In this document: positions 19,901 to 27,994 of the stretch, one piece after another
How the letters are laid out: each line of letters begins with the position of its first letter
How positions within the stretch are numbered: position 1 is the stretch's first letter
Assembly (NCBI GenBank): GCA_963763395.1
Contig: CAVXOG010000015.1
Coordinates: 156,235-220,234, forward strand
Reading direction: 5' to 3'
DNA: 64,000 nucleotides
Origin: Candidatus Acidiferrales bacterium
GTDB taxonomy: Bacteria > Acidobacteriota > Terriglobia > Acidiferrales > UBA7541
Made by a program: the position numbers and the translations under genes
Notes under the pieces: generated by a model
Databases searched by the model: none
The model's input: only the letters and a program-made list of their open reading frames with translations
Told to the model about the DNA's origin: nothing

Positions 19901-20659
19901 TTAGGGCCCAGTGCGTGCACTCGCAGTGGGGGCAGCAAGACTCTTTAACTGGAAGATCTCGGCCTTACTGAGCGGACGAAATTGCCCTGGAGGTACATCC
20001 AGTGTGATGGGGCCCAACTGAACGCGTTTGATTTTTTCCACCAGGAAGCCGACCTCCAGAAACATCCGGCGAATCTGCCGGTTGCGGCCTTCAATCAGGA
20101 CCACCTCATACCAGGGATTGGTGGCGTCCTCGGTGAGCCGAATCTTTGCAGGCGAAGTCTTCACGCGCCGGCCATCTTCCAACGGGATGCTGATTCCTGC
20201 GCGTAACTTCCGGATGGCCTGTTCATTCGGTTTGCCACTGACTTTCACCAGATACGTTTTCGGTATGTGCGAGCCGGCTTTGGTCAGTTTTTGCGCCAGG
20301 GCGCCGTCATTGGTCATCAGCAATAAACCTTCGCTCGCATAATCCAATCGGCCGACAGGATAGACGCGCTGATTTAACTTTCCCAGTAACTCCATGACGG
20401 TGGGACGGCCTTCGGGATCGGTGACCGTGGTGACATAACCCTTCGGCTTGTTCAGCAAAAAATAAACGAAAGGTTCGGCGCGCTTCAACGGCTTGCCGTC
20501 AACGGTGATGGCATCGACCAGCGGGTCCGCTTTCGTTCCCTGCTCGATAACGACACTGCCGTTCAGCGTGACGCGGCCCGCGGCAATAATCTCTTCCGCT
20601 TTGCGGCGCGACGCAATTCCCGCAGCGGCTAGAATTTTTTGTAGGCGTTCGGCTGCCAT
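19901..20659 (-). CDS. Pseudouridine synthase, RsuA/RluB family (S4 domain plus catalytic domain)
   Basis: S4 N-terminus (RLQKILAAAGIASRRKAEE) and catalytic VGRLDYASEGLLLMTNDG. Confidence 0.88.
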   Translation of the reverse strand: MAAERLQKILAAAGIASRRKAEEIIAAGRVTLNGSVVIEQGTKADPLVDAITVDGKPLKRAEPFVYFLLNKPKGYVTTVTDPEGRPTVMELLGKLNQRVYPVGRLDYASEGLLLMTNDGALAQKLTKAGSHIPKTYLVKVSGKPNEQAIRKLRAGISIPLEDGRRVKTSPAKIRLTEDATNPWYEVVLIEGRNRQIRRMFLEVGFLVEKIKRVQLGPITLDVPPGQFRPLSKAEIFQLKSLAAPTASARTGP

Positions 20660-20680
20660 GGGAGAGATCGGCGACAGAAA

Positions 20681-21946
20681 CTAGCGAGGCGGCCGTGGTT
20701 TGCGTGGCGGAAAACTGCGATGAGATTTGGGCCGCGCCGAGGAGCGACGTGGGGGCTTTCCCGAACCATGCGACGGACGATCGAATTTGTTGGAGAAAGA
20801 GGAACCACCCAGATGATGAGGTTTGCCGGATGATTCCTTCTTGGCTGAACCAAATTTGCGAGGTCCCTTGGGCCGAAACGATTTAGAGTCCCGACCAGGC
20901 TTGCCGCCGGAACGAAATGCCGGCGATGGATTTGCTGGCGGACGGCTCGTGGTCAGCCATGGGGCACGCGGCGCTTCCCTGCTTTCCAGACGCTCGTCGT
21001 CAAACTCGTCGAAGTTCTCAGGAGCATTAGGAGGCGTAGAAGGGCGGCGCTGGAATTTGCCATAGTGCGCAGGCCGATCCTGTGTTTTTGCGAAGGAAGG
21101 GTTCGAAAAGCGTTGGAATTTGCCAAACGGACTTGGCGGACGATGCGAATGGGGAGAAGAAGCGGGACGGTTCGCGGGCTTCACGGCAGGTTTCACAAAC
21201 GTCTTTGCCCTTGGGTGCGGCGTGAATTTCATCGGCCGCGTGGGATGGCGCAATGCCTCGGCCTGTTCTTTATTCAAGATGACGTAGTGGCCAACGGGAA
21301 CGCCTTCCAGCGAAAGTGGCCCCAGGCCGATGCGTTTCACCTTCTCCAGCGGATGATTGTCTTTCATCAGCGCAACGCTGAGGGTATCCAGTTTCGAGCC
21401 GGTCACTTGAGCCTCATACCAGAAATTCTGCGCATGCCCGCGGGTGGAATCCGGCTGACGAATCACGCGAACCATGGTGTTGGTCTTCTGGCCGAGCGCG
21501 TCGAGTTGGCCCAGATCGAGGCGGCCCTTAATCTTGATGTGGTAAAGCTGCGGAATATTGGACCACGACTTGAGCATGGTATCCGTCAACGCGCCGTCGT
21601 TGGTCATGAAGATCAGCCCGCTGGCCGAATAATCGAGATTCCCTACGGGATATACCCGTTCCGGAAAGCCGCGCAGGAAATTGCGCAGAGTCTTGCGGCC
21701 CTCGGGGTCGACGAGAGTGGAAACCACCTCGGGCGGTTTGTGCATGACGAGGTAAACGGGCGCGCGTTTTTCTTCAACAAGTCGCCCCGCGGCTTCGATT
21801 TTGTCTATGGCGGGATCGGCTTTGCTGCCAAGCTCGCGAACGACGACTCCGTTGACCAGGACCTGGCCAGAAAGGATGAGTTGCTCCGCATGTCGGCGCG
21901 AAGCGATACCGGCGTGCGCGATGATTTTTTGTAAGCGTTCAAGCAT
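20681..21946 (-). CDS. RluB-like pseudouridine synthase with a roughly 180-aa basic low-complexity C-terminal tail
   Basis: S4 domain and VGNLDYSASGLIFMTNDG. The tail is rich in P/R/K/S with repeated GKFQR. Confidence 0.85.
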   Translation of the reverse strand: MLERLQKIIAHAGIASRRHAEQLILSGQVLVNGVVVRELGSKADPAIDKIEAAGRLVEEKRAPVYLVMHKPPEVVSTLVDPEGRKTLRNFLRGFPERVYPVGNLDYSASGLIFMTNDGALTDTMLKSWSNIPQLYHIKIKGRLDLGQLDALGQKTNTMVRVIRQPDSTRGHAQNFWYEAQVTGSKLDTLSVALMKDNHPLEKVKRIGLGPLSLEGVPVGHYVILNKEQAEALRHPTRPMKFTPHPRAKTFVKPAVKPANRPASSPHSHRPPSPFGKFQRFSNPSFAKTQDRPAHYGKFQRRPSTPPNAPENFDEFDDERLESREAPRAPWLTTSRPPANPSPAFRSGGKPGRDSKSFRPKGPRKFGSAKKESSGKPHHLGGSSFSNKFDRPSHGSGKPPRRSSARPKSHRSFPPRKPRPPR

Positions 21947-22000
21947 GTAGTTCTATGGTAGCTGAAATAGGGAGGAACAACTAAGGGCTTCAGCCTGGGC

Positions 22001-22846
22001 TTACTCTCCGGCGGCTTTGGCGTCGACTTTGGGAGGGGCTTCGTCGAGTTGGCCGCTGGGCATGCCTTCACCGGTAGCAGTGACTTCTTCTTCACGCAGG
22101 ACGGGGTCGGCATTCGCATCGGCGAGAACTTCGGCCTCGATTGCAGCGGCAGTTCTCTGCTCGGGCGTACGCGCAGAGGAATGCGTTGCCGCGAAGACTT
22201 CAGCGGAGCTTTCCGGGAGAGGAAGATTCTCGAGCGTGTCAGCCGTGGGCGAATTGAGAAGAGCTTCGTCGGTAGATTCCGGGGAAACGGCAATGCCTTC
22301 ATCGGTGCCCAGTGCTTCGCGTGCCAGCGCTTCAAATTCCTTCAGACTGGGCAGTTCGTCGAGATCGCTGAGACCAAAACGCATCAGGAATTCTTTGGAA
22401 GATTTGTACAGAATCGGGCGGCCCATCACTTCTTTGCGGCCCGCGGTGGTGATCAGCTTCTTGTCGAGAAGCGTGCTAATGACGCCGGAGGTGTTGACGC
22501 CGCGAATTTCGGAAATCTCGGGAGCCGTCACGGGCTGCTTGTAGGCGATGACCGCGAGTGTTTCGAGTGCAGGCATGGAGAGGCGCAGCGGCGGGCGCAG
22601 ACTCTTGATGAAGCGTCGCACAACGTCATGATGCTGCGGTTTGGTGTAGAGCTTGTAACCACCGGCAACGGCGCGGACTTCGATGCCCCGTTCATCGTTG
22701 GCACAAGCAGCGATTAACTCGTCCAAGGAGGATTGCACGGCAAGCTTTTCTTCGCCAAGTGCGGTAGACAACTGCTCCAGGGTGGCGGGCTCATCGGCGG
22801 CGTAAATGATGGCTTCGAGTGCGGCTTTGCGTTCTTCGTTAGTCAT
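22001..22846 (-). CDS. scpB: Segregation and condensation protein B with an acidic disordered C-terminal extension
   Basis: The family-typical start is MTNEERKAALEAIIYAADEPATLEQL at ATG 22846. The track ORF begins at GTG 23041 and adds 65 non-family residues. Confidence 0.8.
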   Translation of the reverse strand: MTNEERKAALEAIIYAADEPATLEQLSTALGEEKLAVQSSLDELIAACANDERGIEVRAVAGGYKLYTKPQHHDVVRRFIKSLRPPLRLSMPALETLAVIAYKQPVTAPEISEIRGVNTSGVISTLLDKKLITTAGRKEVMGRPILYKSSKEFLMRFGLSDLDELPSLKEFEALAREALGTDEGIAVSPESTDEALLNSPTADTLENLPLPESSAEVFAATHSSARTPEQRTAAAIEAEVLADANADPVLREEEVTATGEGMPSGQLDEAPPKVDAKAAGE

Positions 22847-23037
22847 TGTGAATAGTTTTCGGTTCTCAGTTATCAATCTTCTCTTAGAAAAACGACAATC
22901 ATGGGCTCGGGTCTGGGGGACACGAAATTGTACATCATTTTCTGGAGTGCGGGAGCCAAGCTCCTGCTTTTGCGGAAGAGGAGAAGCCAAGATCGCGAAG
23001 GCGGCAGCCAGGCTGCAGCTTTCCAAGTGCCTGGCGC

Positions 23038-23817
23038 TCACTGGTACTCGGCATCGATGCGTAACGCGCCAGTCTCGTCGAAGGCTACATCGAACGCTTT
23101 TGCCTTTTTCACAACGATGTCGCCAAACTGTTTTTCCTGGCCAAGCAGGATGGCCTGAAGTTTGACCATTTCGAGGACGGCGAGGAACGCTACGATCATG
23201 GCGTGACGCGAGGGGCAGGCCTCGAAGAACTGAATCAGATTGACGGAACTGGTGTCGCTGGCAAGGATCTGGCCGCGAAGCTGCGTGATCATTTGCGCCA
23301 CTGTAAAAACGTCGTGGGTCAACTCGATGCGCGTGACTTCCTTCTTGCGCTCGAGGACTTGCTGAAATACCCGGACCAGATCGACCAGCGAAACAACCAA
23401 CTCTCCTTCGGTGCCTTCATCGTTGTAGAGCGATTTATCCGGCTTCGACCAGACGTTTTCCTCGATCTGCTGTTTCTGATAGAGGAGCTGCGCCGCGTTC
23501 TTGTATTTTTCATGTTCCAGCAGGCGCTGAACGAGTTCTTCGCGAGGATCAACGGCTTGTTCTTCGGTGGAGGCCAGCGGATCGGGCGGCAGCAGCATTT
23601 TGGACTTGATGTAGATCAGCGTTGCAGCCATGTAGATGAATTCGGCAGAGACGTCGATGTTCTGCACTTCGAGCTGGTGCAAGTAGTCGAGGTATTGCGA
23701 GGTGATCTTCGAGATTTGAATATCATGGATATTCATCTCCTGCTTTTTGATCAGGTCGAGCAGGAGGTCCAGCGGACCCTCGTACATGGGGATGGTGATT
23801 TTGTAAGGAGTGGCCAT
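23038..23817 (-). CDS. scpA: Segregation and condensation protein A (kleisin)
   Basis: YEGPLDLLLDLIKKQEMNIHDIQISKIT N-terminus typical of ScpA. Confidence 0.88.
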   Translation of the reverse strand: MATPYKITIPMYEGPLDLLLDLIKKQEMNIHDIQISKITSQYLDYLHQLEVQNIDVSAEFIYMAATLIYIKSKMLLPPDPLASTEEQAVDPREELVQRLLEHEKYKNAAQLLYQKQQIEENVWSKPDKSLYNDEGTEGELVVSLVDLVRVFQQVLERKKEVTRIELTHDVFTVAQMITQLRGQILASDTSSVNLIQFFEACPSRHAMIVAFLAVLEMVKLQAILLGQEKQFGDIVVKKAKAFDVAFDETGALRIDAEYQ

Positions 23818-23823
23818 CGTGAT

Positions 23824-23849
23824 TCAGTTCTCAGTTGTCAGTTCTCAGT
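23824..23849. repeat. Tandem TCAGTTCTCAGT x2 (minus strand AACTGAGAAC motif) just upstream of the scpA start
   Basis: Read directly: copies at 23824..23835 and 23838..23849. A third AACTGAGAAC copy lies at 22861..22871, upstream of scpB. Confidence 0.6.
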
Positions 23850-23943
23850 CCCAAGCTGCCAGCCGACAGCCACCAGTCTACAGCCAATACCGGAAACCCT
23901 ATAAGTCCCAAATATTGGTGCCGGTGGAAAAATGGTCCTGGGA

Positions 23944-24002
23944 ACGCCAATCTCCGGATTGGCGTCTTGGATTCCCGTCAGCTTGCCATTCAGGAGAATG
24001 GC
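23944..24002. repeat. Pair of related REP-like hairpins in the trpS-scpA spacer
   Basis: ACGCCAATC-tccg-GATTGGCGT (23944..23965) and GCCATTC-agga-GAATGGC (23985..24002). Confidence 0.6.
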
Positions 24003-24022
24003 GCTCCCGGGGAATACTAACC

Positions 24023-25300
24023 CTAGGATCCCGTGATTTCCTGGCGCTTGTGGGGCCAGTTGAAGATGGCGGTGCGGACGCGTTCCATGGTCAGCTGCGC
24101 AGATTTGCGGGCTTCGTAAGAGCCGTTGTCCAGGATCTCCAGGACGCGCTTGGGATGTTGCTCAAATTCGAGGCGGCGGGCGCGGACCGGTTCGATCCAG
24201 GTGATCAAATGATCGGCCATCTTAGATTTGCATTCGATGCAACCAATCCCCGCGGTGCGGCACCCCTCCGCAGCCCAGTCGAGCGTTTCTTTTGACGAGA
24301 AGAGTTTGTGCCAATCATACACGGGACAAATGTCGGGATTGCCCGGGTCGGTGCGACGTTTGCGCGCCGGGTCGGTGACCATCACTTTGGTTTTGGAACG
24401 AATGTCGGCGTCGGATTCAGAAAGCGTGATCGCGTTGCCGTAGGACTTGGACATTTTGCGACCGTCGAGGCCGGGAATCCGAGGAGTGGGTGTGAGGAGC
24501 ACTCCCGGCTCTTCCAGAACCCCACTGAACGAGAGGAATGGCTTAAGGCTGGGTGGGATTTTCTCAAAAAAATTAGACAGCCCCATTTCCAGCACGCGCT
24601 GGCGTATGTAAGCGGTAGCAATTGTTTTTTGTTCGCCGGTAAGTTCTGCGCCTTCGGGAATGATGGGGTCGTTCGCGGCTACGTCCAATAACTTAAAGAG
24701 GACGTTGCGGCCAAGTTTGCGATTTTGCGGCGTGAAAATGTCGAGATTGATGTTGAACCCATAGAAAAGGTTAAAGCGGCGCACCAGTTCGCGGGTGAAC
24801 TCGACATGAGAGACCTGGTCTTCGCCTACGGGGACGAAGAGGCCTTTTCCAGCTTCCGAGTACATCACGATGTCGGCAGCTTGCAGAACGGGATAGCCGA
24901 GGAAACCGTAGGTGTGCAAATCTTTGGTTTTGATATTCTCAAGCTGTTCTTTGTAGGTGGGAATGCGTTCCAACCAGCCCAGTGGCGTGACCATGGAAAG
25001 AAGCAGATGCAGTTCCGCGTGTTCAGGAACCAGCGATTGCAGAAAGATCGTGGATTTCGCGGGGTCAAGACCTGAGGCGAGATAGTCGATGGTAATTTGC
25101 AAACAATTTTCGGCGACGGCGGAGGTATCCGCGTAATCGCTGGTCAGCGCGTGCCAATCCACCACACAAAAGAAACATTCGTAAGAGGGATCGTTCTGGA
25201 GCTTGACCCAGTTTTGCAGCGCGCCGAAGTAGTGGCCGATGTGCAGACGGCCGGTGGGGCGCATGCCGGAGAGTACACGTTTTGTGGCGGTGGTGTTCAA
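24023..25300 (-). CDS. trpS: Tryptophan--tRNA ligase, long form (425 aa)
   Basis: HIGH-type motif GRLHIGHY and KMSKS (RKMSKS). TTG start. Extra segment between FNLFYG and KMSKS. C-terminal C-x21-C-x6-C-x2-C motif. Confidence 0.93.
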   Translation of the reverse strand: MNTTATKRVLSGMRPTGRLHIGHYFGALQNWVKLQNDPSYECFFCVVDWHALTSDYADTSAVAENCLQITIDYLASGLDPAKSTIFLQSLVPEHAELHLLLSMVTPLGWLERIPTYKEQLENIKTKDLHTYGFLGYPVLQAADIVMYSEAGKGLFVPVGEDQVSHVEFTRELVRRFNLFYGFNINLDIFTPQNRKLGRNVLFKLLDVAANDPIIPEGAELTGEQKTIATAYIRQRVLEMGLSNFFEKIPPSLKPFLSFSGVLEEPGVLLTPTPRIPGLDGRKMSKSYGNAITLSESDADIRSKTKVMVTDPARKRRTDPGNPDICPVYDWHKLFSSKETLDWAAEGCRTAGIGCIECKSKMADHLITWIEPVRARRLEFEQHPKRVLEILDNGSYEARKSAQLTMERVRTAIFNWPHKRQEITGS

Positions 25301-25535
25301 GAAACGAGCCTCGATGAAATAGGAATGATCGTGCTTGTCTAAAAAGCATATCAGATATCGGCGATGAGACCTGCGGAGCCAGGTTTTGATCGTTCAGTCG
25401 AACCGTGGTGGCGGCGAGGCTTTGGCACGATCCCTCCACTCCCAGCCGGAAAACCGTCGGCTCTCCGGTCGGGATGACAGATTAAGCCCGCCCCGTGGGG
25501 CCCGTCCGCTCCTGCTAATTGCCCTTTTGATTGCG

Positions 25536-26699
25536 TTACTTCGCCAGCAGATCGCGGGCGATAATGGTCCGTTGAATTTCGCTGGTGCCTTCGTAAATAG
25601 AAATTACGCGAGCATCGCGATAGATGCGCTCCACCTCGGATTCGCGCGAGTAACCCTGGCTGCCGTGGATTTGCACGGCTTTGTACGCCACGCGATTGAC
25701 CATTTCGCTGGCATAAAGCTTCGCACGCGAGGCCGCGGAACCCATTTTACCATTTGCATCCTTGATGGATGCCGCTTGATACAACAACACACGAGCAGCT
25801 TCAATCTCCGTATGCATATCAGCTAGCATCCATTGGATCACCTGGAAATCCGCGATGGACTTGCCAAATGCTTTGCGGTTGCGGGCGAATTTTGCGGATT
25901 CATAGAGTGCGGCTTGCGCCAGACCGACAGCTTGCGCGGCAATGCCGATGCGTCCTCCATCGAGCGCGGACAGAGCGATCTTGAGACCCTGGCCCTCTTC
26001 CCCCAGTCGATTAACCACAGGCACGACGCAATCCTTCAGAATGATTTCGACCGATGGCGAGCAGCGCTGTCCCATCTTGTCTTCGTGGCGGCCTACCTTG
26101 AAACCAGCAAAGGTTGGCTCCACGAGGAAGGCGGTAATCCCCTTCCCACCAGCTTCAGGATTCGTCTTTGCAAAAACGATTGAGACGCCAGCCGCGCTAC
26201 CGTTCGTCACCCACGTTTTCGTGCCAGACAGTTTGTAGTTGTCGCCATCACGTGTGGCTCGCGCCTGAATGCCGGCCGCATCCGAGCCGGCGGCAGGTTC
26301 AGTCAAGCAGAATGCGCCAATGATCTCGCCAGACGCCAACGGCTTCAGGTAGCGCTGCTTCTGCTCATCGGTGGCGAACGCAAGCAGCGGAAGTTGCACG
26401 GCGGAATTGGTCACGGCCAGCGCAGTGGAAATCGCAGCGTGCACGCGGGCTACTTCTTCGATCATCAGAACGTAAGAGATGGTGTCAAGCCCGGGGCCGC
26501 CCCACTCTTCGGGCATCAGCATGCCGCAACAACCCATGGCGCCAAGCTCTTTGATGATGTCGAGCGGGAAGTGGTCGGATTTCTCCCAGTCTTTGACGTG
26601 AGGACGCACTTCGGTGGCCATGAATTCGCGAACCGTGTCGCGAATAAGGAGTTGATGATCGGAGAGAGAGAAGTCCATGGCAGGAGGGAATGTTAACAC
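25536..26699 (-). CDS. Acyl-CoA dehydrogenase (short/medium-chain type)
   Basis: 387 aa. Typical blocks CLTEPAAGSDAAG, WVTNG and IYEGTSEIQR. Confidence 0.9.
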   Translation of the reverse strand: MLTFPPAMDFSLSDHQLLIRDTVREFMATEVRPHVKDWEKSDHFPLDIIKELGAMGCCGMLMPEEWGGPGLDTISYVLMIEEVARVHAAISTALAVTNSAVQLPLLAFATDEQKQRYLKPLASGEIIGAFCLTEPAAGSDAAGIQARATRDGDNYKLSGTKTWVTNGSAAGVSIVFAKTNPEAGGKGITAFLVEPTFAGFKVGRHEDKMGQRCSPSVEIILKDCVVPVVNRLGEEGQGLKIALSALDGGRIGIAAQAVGLAQAALYESAKFARNRKAFGKSIADFQVIQWMLADMHTEIEAARVLLYQAASIKDANGKMGSAASRAKLYASEMVNRVAYKAVQIHGSQGYSRESEVERIYRDARVISIYEGTSEIQRTIIARDLLAK

Positions 26700-26861
26700 G
26701 GGAGATGAGGCAGTCTGTAGCCGGTAGTCATTAGCTTATAGTTGAAAATCGGGCACGTTGGAAGCGTTGTCATCCCGACCGAAGAGCCAGCGATTGAAGT
26801 TCAGTCTAAACCTGCAACGTTAGTGGCCACGGTGGGGGCCAATCGAAGGGTACACCGCCTG

Positions 26862-27110
26862 CTACCCTCTCTTGCGAAACTGTTTAAAGAGCCAACTCGA
26901 ATACGTGCTGGCCAGAAGCAAGATAGCGTAGAAATCCCAACCACTGGCTGGCGACAGATAGTGCTTAAGCAAGAATCCTGCGCCAAAAAATGAACAAAAG
27001 AAAAACAGCATGACGACGAGGTCGTTCCTTGTCGGTTCCGCTTCGTCACTGACAATTGGTTGCCGATGGTCCCCGGAACCAAATAGTTCTGCCAATTGCG
27101 GCCTCTCCAA
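26862..27110 (-). CDS. Possible small 2-TM membrane protein downstream of the LytTR regulator
   Basis: TTG start 6 nt after the regulator stop. Two hydrophobic segments (MLFFFCSFFGAGFLL, FYAILLLASTYSSWLF). No SD and no family match. Confidence 0.3.
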   Translation of the reverse strand: MERPQLAELFGSGDHRQPIVSDEAEPTRNDLVVMLFFFCSFFGAGFLLKHYLSPASGWDFYAILLLASTYSSWLFKQFRKRG

Positions 27111-27116
27111 ACTAGG

Positions 27117-27893
27117 TCACAGCTTGAACAATTCGCGCAGGCGCTTGGTCTGCTGGCGCGACACCGGGATTTCAGACTGTTTTTTGTCGTTCATTTTCAG
27201 CATGAAACTGGATTTGAACCAGGGCACCACTTCTTTAATGTGATGGATGTTGACGAGATAGGAGCGGTGCGAGCGCCAAAACGACTCGGACTGCAGCGCG
27301 TCGAAAAGTTCTTCCAGCGTGCGGTAGTTTGACGAGCCTTCGACATCTTTGGCCACGACGGTGATCAGCCCGCCCTCAATAGAAGCGAAAATCAGGTCTT
27401 CTGCGTCGACAAGCAGCAACCTTTGTTGCGATTTGACCAGTATCTTGGAGGGAGATGTGGCCTGCTTCGTGGCGCCGAGCTGGTTGACAAGCTGCTCCAG
27501 TCGTTCCGTGGGACTTACTTGAGTTTCAATTTCACGGCGGGCGCGTTGAATGGCTTTCGCGATGCGTGCTTTGTCGAACGGCTTTAGAACGTAGTCCACA
27601 GCATTCACGTCGAAGGCTTGCACCGCGTAGTGGTCAAATGCCGTCGCGAACACCACGTGTGGAACCTTCAGCTTTCGTTCGACGAGTTTCTTGAGGACGC
27701 CAAAACCGTCCAAGCCGGGCATCTGCACGTCGAGGAAGACCAAGTCAGGCGAATGTTCCTTGATCAAGTTGACGGCATCGAGGCCATTCTTGCCCTGGCC
27801 GATTAGGTTGATCTCCGGGAAAGCTTTCAGAAGGAAGGCTAGTTCGTCGCGAGCGGGCTTTTCGTCGTCAACAATGATGGTATTGATCGGCAT
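27117..27893 (-). CDS. LytR/AlgR family response regulator (REC plus LytTR DNA-binding domain)
   Basis: REC domain (IIVDDEKPARDEL...DLVFLDVQMPGLDG). C-terminal LytTR block (FWRSHRSYLVNIHHIKEV). Confidence 0.9.
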   Translation of the reverse strand: MPINTIIVDDEKPARDELAFLLKAFPEINLIGQGKNGLDAVNLIKEHSPDLVFLDVQMPGLDGFGVLKKLVERKLKVPHVVFATAFDHYAVQAFDVNAVDYVLKPFDKARIAKAIQRARREIETQVSPTERLEQLVNQLGATKQATSPSKILVKSQQRLLLVDAEDLIFASIEGGLITVVAKDVEGSSNYRTLEELFDALQSESFWRSHRSYLVNIHHIKEVVPWFKSSFMLKMNDKKQSEIPVSRQQTKRLRELFKL

Positions 27894-27994
27894 GGGCGTA
27901 TGAAGCGAGTATAGCGCAACCTTTCGATCGAAGGATGCGGCTCCGGCAGATGCGAGTTATGATACTGAATTCCATTTCCGAGGGGTGAAAGAAC

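Noticed and set aside
25301-25535. Possible T-box or Trp-codon leader upstream of trpS. The plus strand has GTGGTGGCGGCG, which resembles the T-box GGTGGTACCGCG. The minus strand has TGG GAG TGG.
   Set aside because: The T-box-like string is on the wrong strand for trpS. The frame containing the two Trp codons has no start codon upstream. No specifier-loop or terminator architecture is visible.
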